Source: Octopus bimaculoides
Taxonomy: Eukaryota
Assembly: GCF_001194135.2 (NCBI RefSeq)
Contig: NC_068996.1
Span: 29,832,058 to 29,896,057 of the forward strand
DNA: 64,000 nucleotides
Direction of reading: 5' to 3'
Shown: one piece after another, positions 55,101 through 62,428 of the stretch
Position numbering within the stretch: the first letter of the stretch is position 1
Layout: every line of letters begins with the position of its first letter
Made by a program: the position numbers and the translations under genes
The notes under the pieces: model-generated
What the model saw: the letters and a program-made list of their open reading frames with translations, nothing else
What the model was told of the DNA's origin: nothing
Databases searched by the model: none

Positions 55101-58100
55101 AAAAAAAAAAAAAAATACACATAACACATGTGAACCATTTTTCTCTGTGATAGCATGTTGATGTACACACGAAGAGTTGTAGTGCCAGCCACACTATAAA
55201 AGCGTGTATTAAGTGAATTTCATATAGGACACCTAGAGATTTTAAGAATGAAATCAGTAATGAAAAGTTACATGTATTGGCCTACTATGAACCGTGATAT
55301 TGAACAACTGAAATCCTGCATAGGTTGTGCTCTCACAGCAAAGGCACTATCAGTGAAACCATGGCCTAAGACAGACAGTCCACAGGTCAGGCTACATATT
55401 GATCTTGCTGGACTGGTAAATGGCCTGTATTATCTGATCATAGTAGACAGCTATACCAGAGATATGTAAATGCAATCAACCAAACTCAAAGGTAACGATA
55501 AGGTTCCTTCACAAACTTTTAGCATGATACAGTGTCCTGGACACCGTAGTTTGCGGGGTACAAATTAAAAAATTTCTGCAAGAGGTATGCAAACAATCAC
55601 ATCTCTACTCTACCATACCACCTGAGCAAACAGAAAGGTTTATAGACACATTTAAGTGAGCACTGAAAAAAACCAGGAAATGAATTAGAGAATGATGCAG
55701 CACTAACTCAATTAAGAGTTTACAGGGTAACACCTAACAGGTAAGTCACCCACACAGCTAATGCTTGCCCAGAAGATAAAATCAATTTTTGATAAATTGT
55801 TACCTACAAAAAAACTTATAAGGAAAACGCAAGAAGCACAACAAAATATTTTAATGTGGGAGATAAAGTTCAGTTCAAAATCTATAAGAATGGAAGATAA
55901 GGTTGGGAGGATGGTATAGTGACAAAAAAAAAAAAAAAGGCAGTATGATGTACATAATAAAAGGTCAGGTAGGAGAGCACAAAAGATATTTGAACCAGTT
56001 GAAGACTAGACATACCGAGATTGAACCTAGACGGATCGGCAATAGAAAACGTAAACTAACAGAGTGACTAAAGCAAAAGAAGTATCAAAACTTCTGAGGA
56101 AATAAAAATCTCAAAAAAGGGAGAGGTGATAATGAAAAAAATTTAATTAAATAAACGTTGCATTTCTTACAGAAGTCAAATCTCAAAAGGGGAGATGTTA
56201 TGGCAAGTATCATGACACCCCTTGTGAGAATGGACTGGCCGAACTCATACAAGTAACAGTGTGCTTGACTGATAGCGAGAGATGAGAAATCGCAGAAAGA
56301 CAAAAGGTGTTGTTCGTGAGTTCATGGAACAGCAGGAAATTGTTGAGAAATGTTATAGTTCATTGAGAGTTGTTTTGGTTACATCTGTAGACAGAGTATT
56401 TGGGAACACATTAAGTGGAATCAGTTGGTCTACCCCATTTCGCAGTATCATATATCCCCCAGTTATAAGTCCACATTATAAAAGTGGTATACAGCGCTAT
56501 GATACAAAAGCGACGACAAGGACACATGTTACAACAGCATCCAAGGCTCATCTTCCACTACCATGCAGCATTACAGTTCTAACACAAGCATCATATAGTC
56601 AGTTATTAATTTGACAAAAAAGAATTTGGATAATGATGAACTTCAACTGAAATTTAAAGCTCCACTAACAATCATCAAGAAATAAAGATGCCCAAAAAAT
56701 TTGTTGTCAACTATAATCTGCTATTATGGCCATGGGCTGGCCAATTTCTAAGTGGAAATGGTTGGTAGAAACTATAGTGAATGCTGTTGTATGTGCACAT
56801 GCATAGACATGCATGTTCCACAAATCTTTAACACCATGAGCTGCTCACATTCTCTGGTAAACAAAATCTCTTAATTTTAATAGCTTTGATATGCATGCAC
56901 TCATGGAATGAAAATATCTTATTTGAAAAACAGTCACAGATTGGCAATGGAATAGCATCCAGCCATAGTACATTTACTTCAACAACTTTTACTTAATCCA
57001 TGACAATGTGGAGAAACAGATCAAATTAAGACAATGATATACATGTATACATTAATATACTCATACTAACACACACACAGAACACTCTGAATTCACAGCT
57101 TTTAAGGGATTTTAGCAATAGTTTCACTGATTAGACAAATTAAACAATGAGGAAAAATTTCCAATCTCAGATGCACACACGAACATCCGTAAATTAAACA
57201 CATATATATTGCTATTGTACTAAAAGTCAGGTGGAAGGGAGCTTGATGGATTCATTATTTTAGACTTAAGGACTCAAATTTCTGCTCAACAACTCATTAT
57301 CCTAGTGTGGAACTGGTAACCTTTCTGGATGTTTGTAAATACTAATAATGCATTTAGTAGTAAATGCAACTGCATATGTGTGGATTATACTTAGTTCAGA
57401 AAATAAAGCTCATCTACTGAATTTATTCTAACATTATGTATACATCCAAAAGTAAGATACTCGATGTTCTTAAATTAAACTCATTGTAAAAGCATATATG
57501 TAATAATGAAAATGTTTCACCTCTAAAATTGAAAGATAAGTCCTAAAAATTATGATCATTACACCATGATGAAACAAGTATTGTTTTGGCAACTTCAGGA
57601 ACTAGTGACACTGTTCATTGCAAGTCTAGCCTTAACTGGCTTCAGCTGACAGGCCTCAGTAAGGGTTTTGTGTCTAGGGTCATAGGTCTTTGGTAACAAG
57701 AAAGTTAATGTGGTAACCCTCAACAGACTGAAATTATAGCAATATAAGTTCTGCATACTAATGCAATACAGTACTTTCTACATCTGAACTGAATACTCTT
57801 AAATCACTAAAATTATTATGAATACCATCCCCGACACTCATTCACTCAAATTATGTAGACATTCTAACATTGTAATTAATTTATCTGCCTACCATAACCA
57901 TTGATTGATAACCAGATACATTAATCTTTTTTCCTATAAAATACACCTAGCATATTCTTTACGTTAATGCTCTTTTAACTATGCCAATGCATCAAGCAAA
58001 ATCTAAAACTTTGGTTTTCTATTTGTTTCTTTGATATCCTATTGTTGGTTTTATGCCTTTGTATGTACTAAAGAAAGCAAGCTACTTGTCTATCAAACTT

Positions 58101-61100
58101 TAACATATTCTGAACAAAACCTACTCTTACAAGTGGTAAAAGTTTTTACATATATTTGATAAGTTTGGCAAATCTATAGAAATCTACACTTGAATTGCAT
58201 AAAACATGCATACATATACATATATAAACATAATTGCACACAAAAATAATTTAAATTTAAAACAAAAGAACTTACTGTTGCTGGATTGACCAAATATGGT
58301 GGCAGGTGTTTGGTTTCTGTTAAAGAGATTTGTATTTGCTGTATTTGTTCCAAAGGCTGTAAAAATATGAATATTGCTAAGATATAAGGGAAAAAAAAAA
58401 GACTTATTTGAAAATAATAAACAATTCATGAATTTGATAAAGCAGGGATATTCTTTTTAATTTGGTGATATGAGAGTATGCACTGTAGTAAGAACAAGTG
58501 TTTGAAGTGAATGCTGGAATGTATTAAACACACTATGGAGATTTTTTTTTTTCGTTTTTTTCTTATCACAGTTAATATAAAGGTAGAATCAGAAAAAAAT
58601 TCAATTTTATGATTACTCATTGGATACTATGAGAACAGCTTTTCTTACTTTTATGGGGGTCTATAAATTCAACTATTTTGAATAAACTCAAATATAAAAT
58701 TGAAATGAATTTTTTTTAATTTCTGCCCCTTCTATTTTAGTTTTGTACACTCTGACTTTCTCACCATGATTCCTATTCAAGTTGTAAGGAGGTAGATACA
58801 TGTCATTTGCATGTGGAATGCTACTTTCAACATTCTCTTTCAAAGAAGGCTACGGTGTGTTACACATACTTGAAGGTGACAACATATAGGAAAATACATT
58901 TGATGTCTCTTCCTTTTTTTATCTTTCACTATTTGTCACACTTTTCTTTTCACAATGGCCACTGTCACATTTCTCTTTTCACAATAGCCATTGTCACATT
59001 ATCTGCTAACAATAATATTGGTCTCAAATTTTGGCATAAGGCCAGCAAATTCAATTACTTCAACTCAATTCAATAATTTATATTATCTTACTTCCTGAAG
59101 GAGTCTCTGACCTAGTAATTTATTAAAAAGAATGTAGGTGATGTTGTTACTGACTTAGATCCATATTACAGAAAACCTCAACTACAGAGACATATCCCTT
59201 AGACCAGGGCTGATATTACAAGCAAAATGCAAAATGATTTTTTAAATTCCCTTGCATTCATTTGAGTGATACACAAATCAACTGACAGAAAAGACAACCC
59301 ATTAGAGGAAGTATTTATTCATTGTTTCTTCTGAAATAATTGTGAAAGAAAAGATGTTGGATTTGGTGGAATTGGTGTCTTGCTGAATAAACTTGTACAT
59401 GCTGCAACAAATGAAGCATTTGCAATGGTGAAGGAAAATGCAAGATCAATTGAATGCATGAAAAGTTATACTAGCTTTTCAGAGTTTCTACCCATTGGGA
59501 GGGAACCAGGCTGCTGGAGTTCTGAGATGCAAATTATCAGATCTGCAATACTCCAGGAAAGCTGCCAGTCACCTGTTCACCTACCGGTCTGGTGGGCACA
59601 CTAGTCAGATTGACTATATTCTCACCAGGAAACAGGAAAGGTGGCTGTTTATAAATATCAAAACTTTCCCAGGTGAAGAATGCACCCCACAACATAAGTT
59701 AGTTGTTAGTGACTTCAGGATCAGGGCTAAATGGCTGCTCAGAAGACAACCAGTGTTGAAAAGCAAGGTCTGGAAGCTTAAGGATCTTTTGAATAGACAG
59801 ATCTGTGGCTGGTACAAAGTCCCCTCTCAACCTAAGGTGACATGGTGGTGGAACAATGTAGTTGACAGGGCCATTAGAGAAAAGAAACAGGACTGGAAGT
59901 GTGGTAGTAGCAGAGAACAGTATCAGATAGCCAGCTGTATGAAGAAGTGTTGCACTCTAATGGTGAAGGGAACCTGAGGAAGAGGTAGACCCAGGAAGAC
60001 ATGGGATGAGGTGGTAAAGCGCAGTCTTCGGACGTTGGGCCTCACACAGGCAATGGCAAGTGACCGAGACCTTTGGCAATATGCCATGCTTGAGAAGACC
60101 TGTCAAGCCAAGTGAGATTGTAGTCATGGCTGATGTTAGTGTCACGTAACTAACACATAAAAAGCACCCTTCAAGCAATATGCTGTGCTTGTGAAGACCT
60201 GTTGAGCCAAGTTAAATCATAGTCATGGCCGATACCAGTACCGTCTGACTACCATGTAAAAAGCATTGTTCAAGTGTTGGGCCTCATGGAGGTAGTGACA
60301 GGTGACCGAGACCTTTGACAATATACTGTGCTTGTGCAAACCTGTCAAGCCAAATAAGGCCAATGCTGGTGTCGGGTCAATGGCACCTGCACCAGTGACA
60401 TGTAAAAAAACACCCACTATACCCATGGAGTGGTTGGCATTAGGAAGAGCACCCAGCTGTAGAAACATTGCTGAATCAGGTCAGTAACTGGCTTACCAGT
60501 TTTCAGCCAAACCTTCCAACCCATGCCAGCATGGAAAATCTCAATTTTCTAACAGAACTGGAAAAGCACTACACAGAGAAAGCACTACAGGAACTTAAAA
60601 TTAAAAGAACTATTATTTTATTATCCAATGAGTTTACTGTTTGTAAGTTAGACATAATATATTTAATTTGAAACATACTTAAATAAATTAAATATAAACC
60701 AAGCAAGTAAAAGAATATGGGCTGCACTTACCAAAAGATGAAATTGGTGTCTTAGTACTGAATGCATTGCTAGCTGGTTGAGAAAACAAACTACTAGCTG
60801 GCTGCTGTCCAAACAAACCTCCAGATGTACTCGGTGTATTGCTAAATGCTAAAAGAAATACAAAACAGTAAAAGATAATTCAACTGTTTATTTACAACAC
60901 TTTACAGGAATTTTAAATAAAATGCTCAAAAGAAAAATTCATTTAAACACTACAATAGAATAATTTGAAAGCTTTAAAAAAGCATAATTCCTTCACAAGC
61001 CATTTTGCAAACAAAATATAGTTCTAAACAAACTTAACCCCATTAGTATTCAAATTATTCTGTCAAATGTAATGCTGGTTTGAATTAATCATGCATTATC

Positions 61101-62428
61101 TCATAGCTTTGAGGTTTTGATAATGTGATTGCTTATTTTTAGTATAACCTTGTTGGGTAGGTGTGAGAGGCTGAATATGGCCACTTTGAACAAAAAGCAG
61201 GTAAAATATTTGGGCTAATGTGGCTAGTTTAAATGCCAAAGAATTAAACATCTGTTTTTAATAACAGTGGCTTACAATTTACATAATTTTTTTCTTACTG
61301 TTATTTCAAGCAAAACAATTTATTTTCAGGTCCAGTGTGGGGCATGTGCCAATTAGAGTGCATGGCTATATTCACCATTTATCGGTATATTCCCATATCC
61401 TACAGGGCAATCCATCGCTCAGAGTCCCAGTTAGTCCCCACCTTCACTAGATACCTCCTCAACTGTCATGACCAAGTGGCATGTGGTTGACTAACATGAG
61501 CTGTTAACCAGCTGGATCCTTGAAGAAAACATAGTAAGCAGGGTCTAACTCAAAAAATATCAAGTAACATAGCCAAACAATCTGAACTGCTGCTCCTGAA
61601 TCATATAAGTAACAGAATGCATCCCAGTTTCAAAGAAGAGTCGTTAGTTATCTATGAAATCCAACCAATGGTAACCCATAATCCTGTGAAGCATCCTGGT
61701 ACCAAAGGAGTTTCTAAGGGTCCTGGACAGTGTCCAAGTATCAAAACTATAAAGCAGGACAGAGCAGATCAGAGACTCAAAGACCCAAACCTTTGTCCTC
61801 CTGTACAGATATTGGCATCATCAAACACCCTTGTCCAATTAGCCCACAATTGCATCAGCTCATCTAAGTTTTTTCATGACTTCAGGCTCAAAGCTAATGC
61901 CACTATCTATCACACTGCTGAGATATGTGAAGCAGCAACAATTTCGCAATTCTCACTCACAACAAAAACAGACGAGGTGAAGTCCTCCAAGAAGAAGCCA
62001 ATGAAGAACTAGATCTTCATCTTGACCCAACAGACTGAGGTCAAGAGGTTCCACTTCTTCACTCAGTGAAAGAAGAGCACTCCTTAAGACATCCAGAGGT
62101 TCAGTAAGAATAACTGTCATCAGCAAAATCTAGGTCTGTAATCCTAGTTTCACCAAAAAATTTATTTTAGTAAAGAAAAAAAATAATAAACAAAATAAAT
62201 AAAATACTTTCAAGATGAGAGTGAGACAGGTGTAAAAAGAAAAAAGCATGAACATAAATGATAAAAAAATATGTATGAGTGTACAAAAAAATGACATACA
62301 AAAGCCAGTGCTTTGCTGACCAAACGTTGCAGGTTGTCCAAACAATCCTCCAGATGTTGTGGTTGCAGGTGAGCCAAACAAGCTACTTGATGTATTTTGT
62401 GTATTAAAGGCAGTTGGTGCACCAAAAT
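5339..62428 (-). CDS. NUP98: Nup98-Nup96 precursor gene, partial (22 exons; 5' and 3' ends outside window)
   Basis: Exons join in one frame with matching intron phases. The product has FG/GLFG repeats, GLEBS ([14 protein letters not shown]...[28 protein letters not shown]), [30 protein letters not shown], the autoprotease domain ([17 protein letters not shown]...[13 protein letters not shown]) and the Nup96 IQMMKASFF motif, all resembling human NUP98. Confidence 0.97.
5589..5960 (-). mobile_element. tRNA-derived SINE (octopus-type)
   Basis: Minus-strand head with a B-box-like GGTTCAATCCC; similar copies at about 11240-11590(-), 17950-18095(-), 30430-30660(+), 39985-40350(+), 42148-42505(+), 45410-45845(-). 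Confidence 0.85.
6273..6395 (-). CDS. NUP98: Nup96 exon (VEPMEN...[23 protein letters not shown]), 123 nt, phase 1-1
   Basis: Resembles human LGINPHVLQIMKASLL; tttcatttttag acceptor, GTATGT donor. Confidence 0.92.
7092..7137 (-). ncRNA. Minimal type I hammerhead ribozyme-like motif, probably a Penelope terminal-repeat remnant
   Basis: GACAC-CTGATGA-A-GGCTG(10 nt)CAGCT-GAAA-T-GTT-GTGTT; stems I and II pair; helix III is degenerate. Confidence 0.55.
7246..7639 (+). mobile_element. Probable solo LTR
   Basis: TGTA...TACA termini, AATAAA at 7558-7563, CpG-rich, internal duplication ccaacattccaactctgga; flanks ccat/ccta are only a partial TSD. Confidence 0.6.
8374..8584 (-). CDS. NUP98: Nup96 N-terminal exon (KQRLPPNS...[20 protein letters not shown]), 211 nt, phase 0-1
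   Basis: tttgttttag acceptor, GTAAGT donor, open acidic frame with an EMSDL motif similar to human DMVDI. Confidence 0.88.
8972..10110 (+). mobile_element. piggyBac-type element spanning an assembly gap
   Basis: Perfect 14-bp TIR CCCTTTCGTTACTA/TAGTAACGAAAGGG with TTAA on both sides; transposase-like N-terminus [14 protein letters not shown] just before the N run. Confidence 0.85.
12060..12170 (-). CDS. NUP98: NUP98 exon containing the HF|S autocleavage site ([17 protein letters not shown]...LAVQ), 111 nt, phase 0-0
   Basis: HFSKYGL motif; F codon ends at 12159, S codon starts at 12158; GTTAGT donor. Confidence 0.97.
12300..12413 (-). CDS. NUP98: NUP98 autoproteolytic domain exon 3 ([11 protein letters not shown]...[11 protein letters not shown]), 114 nt, phase 0-0
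   Basis: Resembles human SPDRL...[11 protein letters not shown]; cag acceptor, GTGGGA donor. Confidence 0.96.
12577..12716 (-). CDS. NUP98: NUP98 autoproteolytic domain exon 2 ([14 protein letters not shown]...[12 protein letters not shown]), 140 nt, phase 1-0
   Basis: Resembles human VHIRRKEVVVY...GLNRKAEVTLDGVWPTDK; GTGAGT donor. Confidence 0.97.
12963..14125 (+). mobile_element. Non-autonomous Helitron with an internal telomere-like array
   Basis: A|TC 5' end, CCCG-loop-CGGG hairpin, CTAG|T 3' end; the 3' end GGGCTATACTGCTAG nearly matches the Helitron end at 48008. Confidence 0.8.
13737..13896 (+). repeat. Degenerate (TTAGGG)n array
   Basis: About 11 perfect TTAGGG units interspersed with TTACGG, TTAGGA, TCAGGG and TTAGAG variants. 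Confidence 0.9.
14461..14655. mobile_element. 195-bp piggyBac-derived MITE
   Basis: TTAA|CCCTTTCGTTACT ... ATCATAAGGG|TTAA; same left end as the element at 8972; a related copy at about 40491-40840. Confidence 0.75.
15360..16040 (-). mobile_element. RTE-clade LINE RT fragment
   Basis: [13 protein letters not shown], with YADD at 15410-15421; a 3'-tail-like remnant at about 16000-16040 is in the opposite orientation. Confidence 0.8.
16123..16327 (-). CDS. NUP98: NUP98 autoproteolytic domain exon 1 ([23 protein letters not shown]...MNFDEI), 205 nt, phase 0-1
   Basis: Resembles human HPAGIILTKVGYYTIPS...DFTIGRKGYGSIYF; cag acceptor, GTAAGT donor. Confidence 0.97.
18260..18660 (+). pseudogene. 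Tc1/mariner maT-type (DD37D) transposase C-terminal remnant
   Basis: QQ[N]LVPCHTS...[13 protein letters not shown] has exactly 37 residues between the D2 position and D3; followed by [16 protein letters not shown]; contains stops. Confidence 0.7.
18895..20690 (-). mobile_element. 5'-truncated RTE LINE with (GAT)n tail
   Basis: Reverse-strand match to the 30700-31725 copy (RIGWAKF, KGFLLRV); decayed ADDL at about 20270. Confidence 0.8.
20700..21900 (+). mobile_element. Decayed RTE LINE fragment
   Basis: [32 protein letters not shown], then RIRTGW...[11 protein letters not shown]. Confidence 0.75.
22549..22627 (-). CDS. NUP98: NUP98 acidic linker exon ([27 protein letters not shown]), 79 nt, phase 2-0
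   Basis: Strong GAG|GTAAGT donor; weak aag acceptor chosen because it supplies the needed phase change from 2 to 0, so the exact start is uncertain. Confidence 0.65.
22915..23508. mobile_element. MITE with long imperfect terminal inverted repeats
   Basis: Arms at about 22915-23100 and 23360-23508 are reverse complements (caaaaggcaatc..tgtccaacttaa; aactgccagatcatgtgattt); TA at both ends. Confidence 0.75.
23918..24007. repeat. (AG)n/(CT)n microsatellite, about 45 units
   Basis: Seen directly in sequence. Confidence 0.98.
24017..24088 (-). CDS. NUP98: NUP98 linker exon ([24 protein letters not shown]), 72 nt, phase 2-2
   Basis: Strong ttttccctatcttcag acceptor, GTAAGT donor, open frame. Confidence 0.85.
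24545..24693 (-). CDS. NUP98: NUP98 exon ([11 protein letters not shown]...[12 protein letters not shown]...), 149 nt, phase 0-2
   Basis: Resembles human LFDGLDDDE...KKSIKKLVLKNL; aag acceptor, GTGAGT donor. Confidence 0.94.
25098..25241 (-). CDS. NUP98: NUP98 exon ([27 protein letters not shown]...KKK), 144 nt, phase 0-0
   Basis: Resembles human LKPTNPAAQKALTTPTHYKL; cag acceptor, GTAAGT donor. Confidence 0.95.
25726..25840 (-). CDS. NUP98: NUP98 exon (...[24 protein letters not shown]), 115 nt, phase 2-0
   Basis: Resembles human LQQHINSLTYSPFGDSPLFRN; tttttctcag acceptor, GTAAGT donor. Confidence 0.94.
26003..26812 (+). mobile_element. Helentron-associated (HINE/DINE-1-like) non-autonomous element
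   Basis: 5' ttaccaccaccaaggaaggaggttatg; 3' gaggtctgcgctctccgagtgcttttct hairpin end; internal GTGATG low-complexity tract; second start motif at about 26680. Confidence 0.5.
28045..28114 (-). CDS. NUP98: NUP98 exon ([23 protein letters not shown]), 70 nt, phase 1-2
   Basis: caatttcag acceptor, GTAATT donor; phase matches next exon. Confidence 0.87.
29223..29378 (-). CDS. NUP98: NUP98 exon ([15 protein letters not shown]...LGASSA), 156 nt, phase 1-1
   Basis: ctttttaacatctag acceptor, GTAAAT donor. Confidence 0.9.
30700..31725 (+). mobile_element. 5'-truncated RTE LINE (RT C-terminus, 3' UTR, GAT tail)
   Basis: [16 protein letters not shown]...[32 protein letters not shown]; further tails at about 24840-25050, 35580-35900, 49315-49560, 50110-50165 and 63665-64000. 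Confidence 0.85.
32431..32663 (-). mobile_element. Young SINE with a perfect 16-bp TSD
   Basis: TGGGCTAGATGTTTCT at 32415-32430 and 32664-32679; CpG-rich head, A-rich 3' end. Confidence 0.88.
33395..33430 (-). CDS. NUP98: NUP98 micro-exon ([12 protein letters not shown]), 36 nt, phase 1-1
   Basis: aag acceptor after a T-rich tract, GTAGGT donor; joined to the next exon it resembles human NTSNFGFGTNTSGNSIFGSKP. Confidence 0.78.
33570..34735. repeat. Degenerate ~27-bp minisatellite split by an RTE-BovB-like LINE fragment (about 33770-34490, minus strand)
   Basis: atcctcaatatcattacatctccact-like units on both sides; the insert encodes [22 protein letters not shown]...[12 protein letters not shown]. 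Confidence 0.65.
35024..36981. mobile_element. Non-autonomous TIR element with nested retroelement fragments
   Basis: Inverted ends atttaaaccagccatatctggcc / ggccagatatggctggtttaaat; related to the left end of the 3541 piggyBac. Confidence 0.55.
37323..39919 (+). mobile_element. Internally deleted mariner (DD34D) element interrupted by piggyBac
   Basis: TA|TGAGGGTAGGCTGAAAAGTTCATAGGCT and its imperfect inverse ending CCTTCA|TA; [37 protein letters not shown]; D2-D3 spacing is 104 nt (D34D less one base). Confidence 0.88.
37408..39135 (+). mobile_element. Decayed piggyBac (PGBD4-like) nested in the mariner
   Basis: TTAA at both ends, TIR core TTAGCACACT; DRAHKMQP...[12 protein letters not shown]...[17 protein letters not shown]-terminal Cys-rich domain CAIC...[18 protein letters not shown]. 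Confidence 0.88.
41692..41845 (-). CDS. NUP98: NUP98 exon ([12 protein letters not shown]...STGVF), 154 nt, phase 0-1
   Basis: tactttcag acceptor, GTGAAT donor; matches human SGGLFGNK. Confidence 0.92.
42994..43292 (-). CDS. NUP98: NUP98 exon, FG/LF repeats, 299 nt, phase 1-0
   Basis: tttcttttctag acceptor, GTAAGT donor; TGLFGQQ, SSLFGQN. Confidence 0.94.
43600..44100 (-). pseudogene. Merlin (IS1016/ISXO2-like) transposase remnant
   Basis: With frameshifts reads IGGPGKI..EKDESL..KYNLGR and [28 protein letters not shown]. Confidence 0.75.
44901..45066 (-). CDS. NUP98: NUP98 exon, end of GLEBS ([13 protein letters not shown]) plus FG, 166 nt, phase 0-1
   Basis: cag acceptor, GTAAGA donor; continues GLEBS in frame. 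Confidence 0.96.
46051..48008 (+). mobile_element. Helitron remnant with two tandem Pif1-helicase C-terminal fragments
   Basis: A|TCTATAT start (a duplicate 5' end at about 45959); [13 protein letters not shown]...[19 protein letters not shown] at about 46380 and 47395; hairpin and CTAG|T end. Confidence 0.88.
49740..50105 (+). mobile_element. 3' fragment of an RLE-endonuclease non-LTR retrotransposon (HERO/NeSL-like)
   Basis: IEAA...[28 protein letters not shown]...[16 protein letters not shown] (one frameshift). Confidence 0.55.
50684..50835 (-). CDS. NUP98: NUP98 exon, first part of GLEBS (Rae1-binding) motif, 152 nt, phase 1-0
   Basis: MFGGS...[40 protein letters not shown]; cag acceptor, GTGTGT donor. 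Confidence 0.96.
52760..54546 (-). mobile_element. Penelope-like retroelement (RT plus GIY-YIG), frameshifted
   Basis: [40 protein letters not shown] (53835-53846), [12 protein letters not shown]...LYIG. Confidence 0.87.
54600..56536 (+). mobile_element. 5'-truncated Ty3/Gypsy LTR retrotransposon (RNase H end, integrase, PPT, 3' LTR 56196-56536)
   Basis: [33 protein letters not shown]...[10 protein letters not shown]...IIVDSY; PPT AAAAGGGGAGA followed by TGTT...AACA. Confidence 0.87.
58276..58356 (-). CDS. NUP98: NUP98 exon ([27 protein letters not shown]), 81 nt, phase 1-1
   Basis: atttttacag acceptor, GTAAGT donor. Confidence 0.9.
59190..59470 (+). pseudogene. Possible hAT-type transposase fragment
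   Basis: Single motif only: [15 protein letters not shown], similar to TS..IQNE+I..+A. Confidence 0.3.
59480..60540 (+). mobile_element. Internally deleted RTE LINE (AP-endonuclease end joined to the 3' end)
   Basis: [18 protein letters not shown]...[17 protein letters not shown], then the RTE 3' UTR. Confidence 0.8.
60732..60848 (-). CDS. NUP98: NUP98 exon ([23 protein letters not shown]...ISSF), 117 nt, phase 1-1
   Basis: tttcttttag acceptor, GTAAGT donor, GLFG motif. Confidence 0.93.
62300..62428 (-). CDS. NUP98: NUP98 exon, FG repeats (DFGAPTAF...[17 protein letters not shown]), 129 nt, phase 1-1
   Basis: ttttaaaacag acceptor, GTATGT donor, open frame. Confidence 0.92.

Noticed and set aside
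61310-62110. GC-richer segment with a 131-aa plus-strand ORF
   Set aside because: Probably a decayed transposon, but no motif I can recognise
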